Shown: piece by piece, positions 62,168 to 64,000 of the stretch
Layout of the letters: every line of letters starts with the position of its first letter
Numbering within the stretch: position 1 is the stretch's first letter
NCBI GenBank assembly: GCA_040954595.2
Contig: CM082592.2
Coordinates: forward strand, 6,117,531-6,181,530
DNA length: 64,000 nucleotides
Direction: 5' to 3'
Source: Balanoglossus misakiensis
Taxonomy: Eukaryota; Animalia; Hemichordata
Translations under genes and position numbers: made by a program
The notes under the pieces: generated by a model
Databases searched by the model: none
What the model was told of the DNA's origin: nothing
The model's input: the letters and a program-made list of their open reading frames with translations, nothing else

Positions 62168-64000
62168 CTGATACTTAATATTTTTAATAAAAAGAAAATA
62201 CCATTTTTTGTACATAAAAAAAGATTTTCATATTTATTGCCTTCAGCAATGAGTCACTTACAGAGGTTATATGTACACTTGTGAAAACATAGCTCTATAT
62301 TTAGATGTGTAGAGATTATAGGAGTCGGTCCCCCCTCTTTGTCGAATGGATTTGGCTGACCCATGTTATTGTTCTGAGGGGAGGCCAGGTAGAAGAAAGG
62401 TGAGGCTAGTATCAACGAGGCGGAGTTCTGTTACCGTAGTTACATAGTATTTCCATCCGGCTACTAATTAGTCTGTTCAGTGTAAGCCCTGTGGCTAGTT
62501 ATCCCAACTTTTGATAAATTTCCCCCATGAGTGAAAACCCTGTTGTATTTATTTTTCCGGCAGGGGTGTGTGAAAGTGCTGCCATTCACGACTAATTTAT
62601 AAGAAGCGTTTGAAAAAAAAGCAGTGCTGGAATTATATCAAAAGCCATCGAAAAAATTGGGACAAATTTCTGCCCCTTTTAGATGGCTAAAATGACTACC
62701 TATTCCACTGTTTGTATTCTGCTTGAGACAAAAAAAAAAGTTATGTGTGCTAAATTCCAGCTGGACCTTAATGTTAAGCAAAAAGCCTCATACAGTATCT
62801 GTATAGCATCTGCTTTTCATGGCATGGCAATTGCACCAACAGATATCACATGTCTCGAGCACATGTGAAGCAAGCTCGATGCAAATTTTGAGATAAACAA
62901 AAAATGTGTGCTGTACAGCTAGCACAAGAGTGTGAGCGGACATTTTTAGTTGATTCGGGATGTGGACCACCTATCTGCTGGGATATTACAAAACACGGCT
63001 GTATTAATGATGTATGGCAGCCGCGGTCACTTCTTTCGATTTGTAACATTTACTTCCAAACCAACCAGTATTTTCTGCATGGTAGAACCACGACCAGCTG
63101 ATACTTCAAAATATAGCAATGCCCAAATTCCTGGTGGTTGAGTATCTTCTCCCGATTTAGATCTTGCTGAAAGTCCACTTTTGTGCAAGTTCAACAGCGA
63201 TCTCAGAGACTTCGGCTCAATTCCATATTCAGTGACTGCCAAAGCAATTTCTGACACGTGGTCAGAAGCACAGGAAGACAGGAATTTTATTTTAAATTTG
63301 GAAATGTCATGACATGTGATCAAAATTTTTAAGTACATGTAAAACTTGACCTCAATAAAGTCTCAAGTTGGAACTATTATAATGAAAGTTGAGTGAAGTG
63401 AATTTTTTGCAGTTGGGAACTGTATTTGCCAGACCTTGCAACATGCAGCCAACTGCAGATTCACTGCATGTTTTACTGGCAGTGCAAAGTTGGCTAGCCA
63501 GAGTACATCGAGTCATTTCGTGCATTCTGAAGGAACACACAGTTTTGGGATTAACAAGCAACGCACATTTCAGCACCAAGTCCTGCAATATGAATAATAT
63601 ATTTTATTTTGAAATCCCTACAAAAATTACTGACATTCACTAAATACAATATGGACATCTCCAATCCGACAATACTACACGCAATACCGCCTGCTTAGTG
63701 TTAGATAGCTAAATCCTTATTTTAGCAGCCTCTTCATTGATATTGTACAGGTCATGAGTCCTGCCTGTCTGTGCGTTATCTTTTCTGAACTGTTGCGAGC
63801 AGCAGTTGTTATAAATAAGATTAAGATTGTGAGTGAATTGTGGTTGTAAATTATGTTAGTAGGACATGCCCGACTGACCTTTTGGGTCAGTAGAGCAGTC
63901 CCTCCACACTTATGGAATGTGAACTACCCTATCTGTGCAATGGGGGTATTTCAGTCCACATATATGATAGGGAAATGGGCATTTGGATGAAGGGGAGGAA

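Noticed and set aside
63027-63790. Possible terminal exons of a minus-strand gene beyond the window (103-aa ORF; FRKDNAQTGR..KIRI* segment)
   Set aside because: There is no recognisable homology, and acceptor-like sites alone are insufficient without downstream sequence.
16093-64000. tRNA, rRNA or snRNA genes
   Set aside because: No cloverleaf, paired A/B-box or rRNA-like sequence was recognised by eye. A covariance-model scan would be needed to exclude small RNAs.

Overview
This is eukaryotic animal genomic DNA with GT-AG introns, most likely from an invertebrate (my guess is a non-vertebrate deuterostome). Positions 1 to ~16,090 are a very homogeneous tandem satellite with an 88-bp monomer (~183 copies) showing nascent higher-order repeats. 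It abuts a compact gene cluster: VPS29 (-), head-to-head RAD9 (+), then tail-to-tail PPTC7 (-), the same order and orientation as human VPS29-RAD9B-PPTC7. Next come a 3-exon gene that appears to encode only the alpha-actinin C-terminal calmodulin-like EF-hand domain (+), an intronless class A peptide-type GPCR (-), a 10-exon CYP4-clan P450 (-) and MED19 (+). Several MITE or inverted-repeat families are scattered through introns and intergenic DNA. The most notable observations are the stand-alone 'mini-actinin' gene, the VPS29-RAD9-PPTC7 microsynteny carrying a RAD9A-type tail, and the satellite that ends almost exactly at a candidate VPS29 poly(A) site. Exon coordinates were read by eye; no database searches were run.
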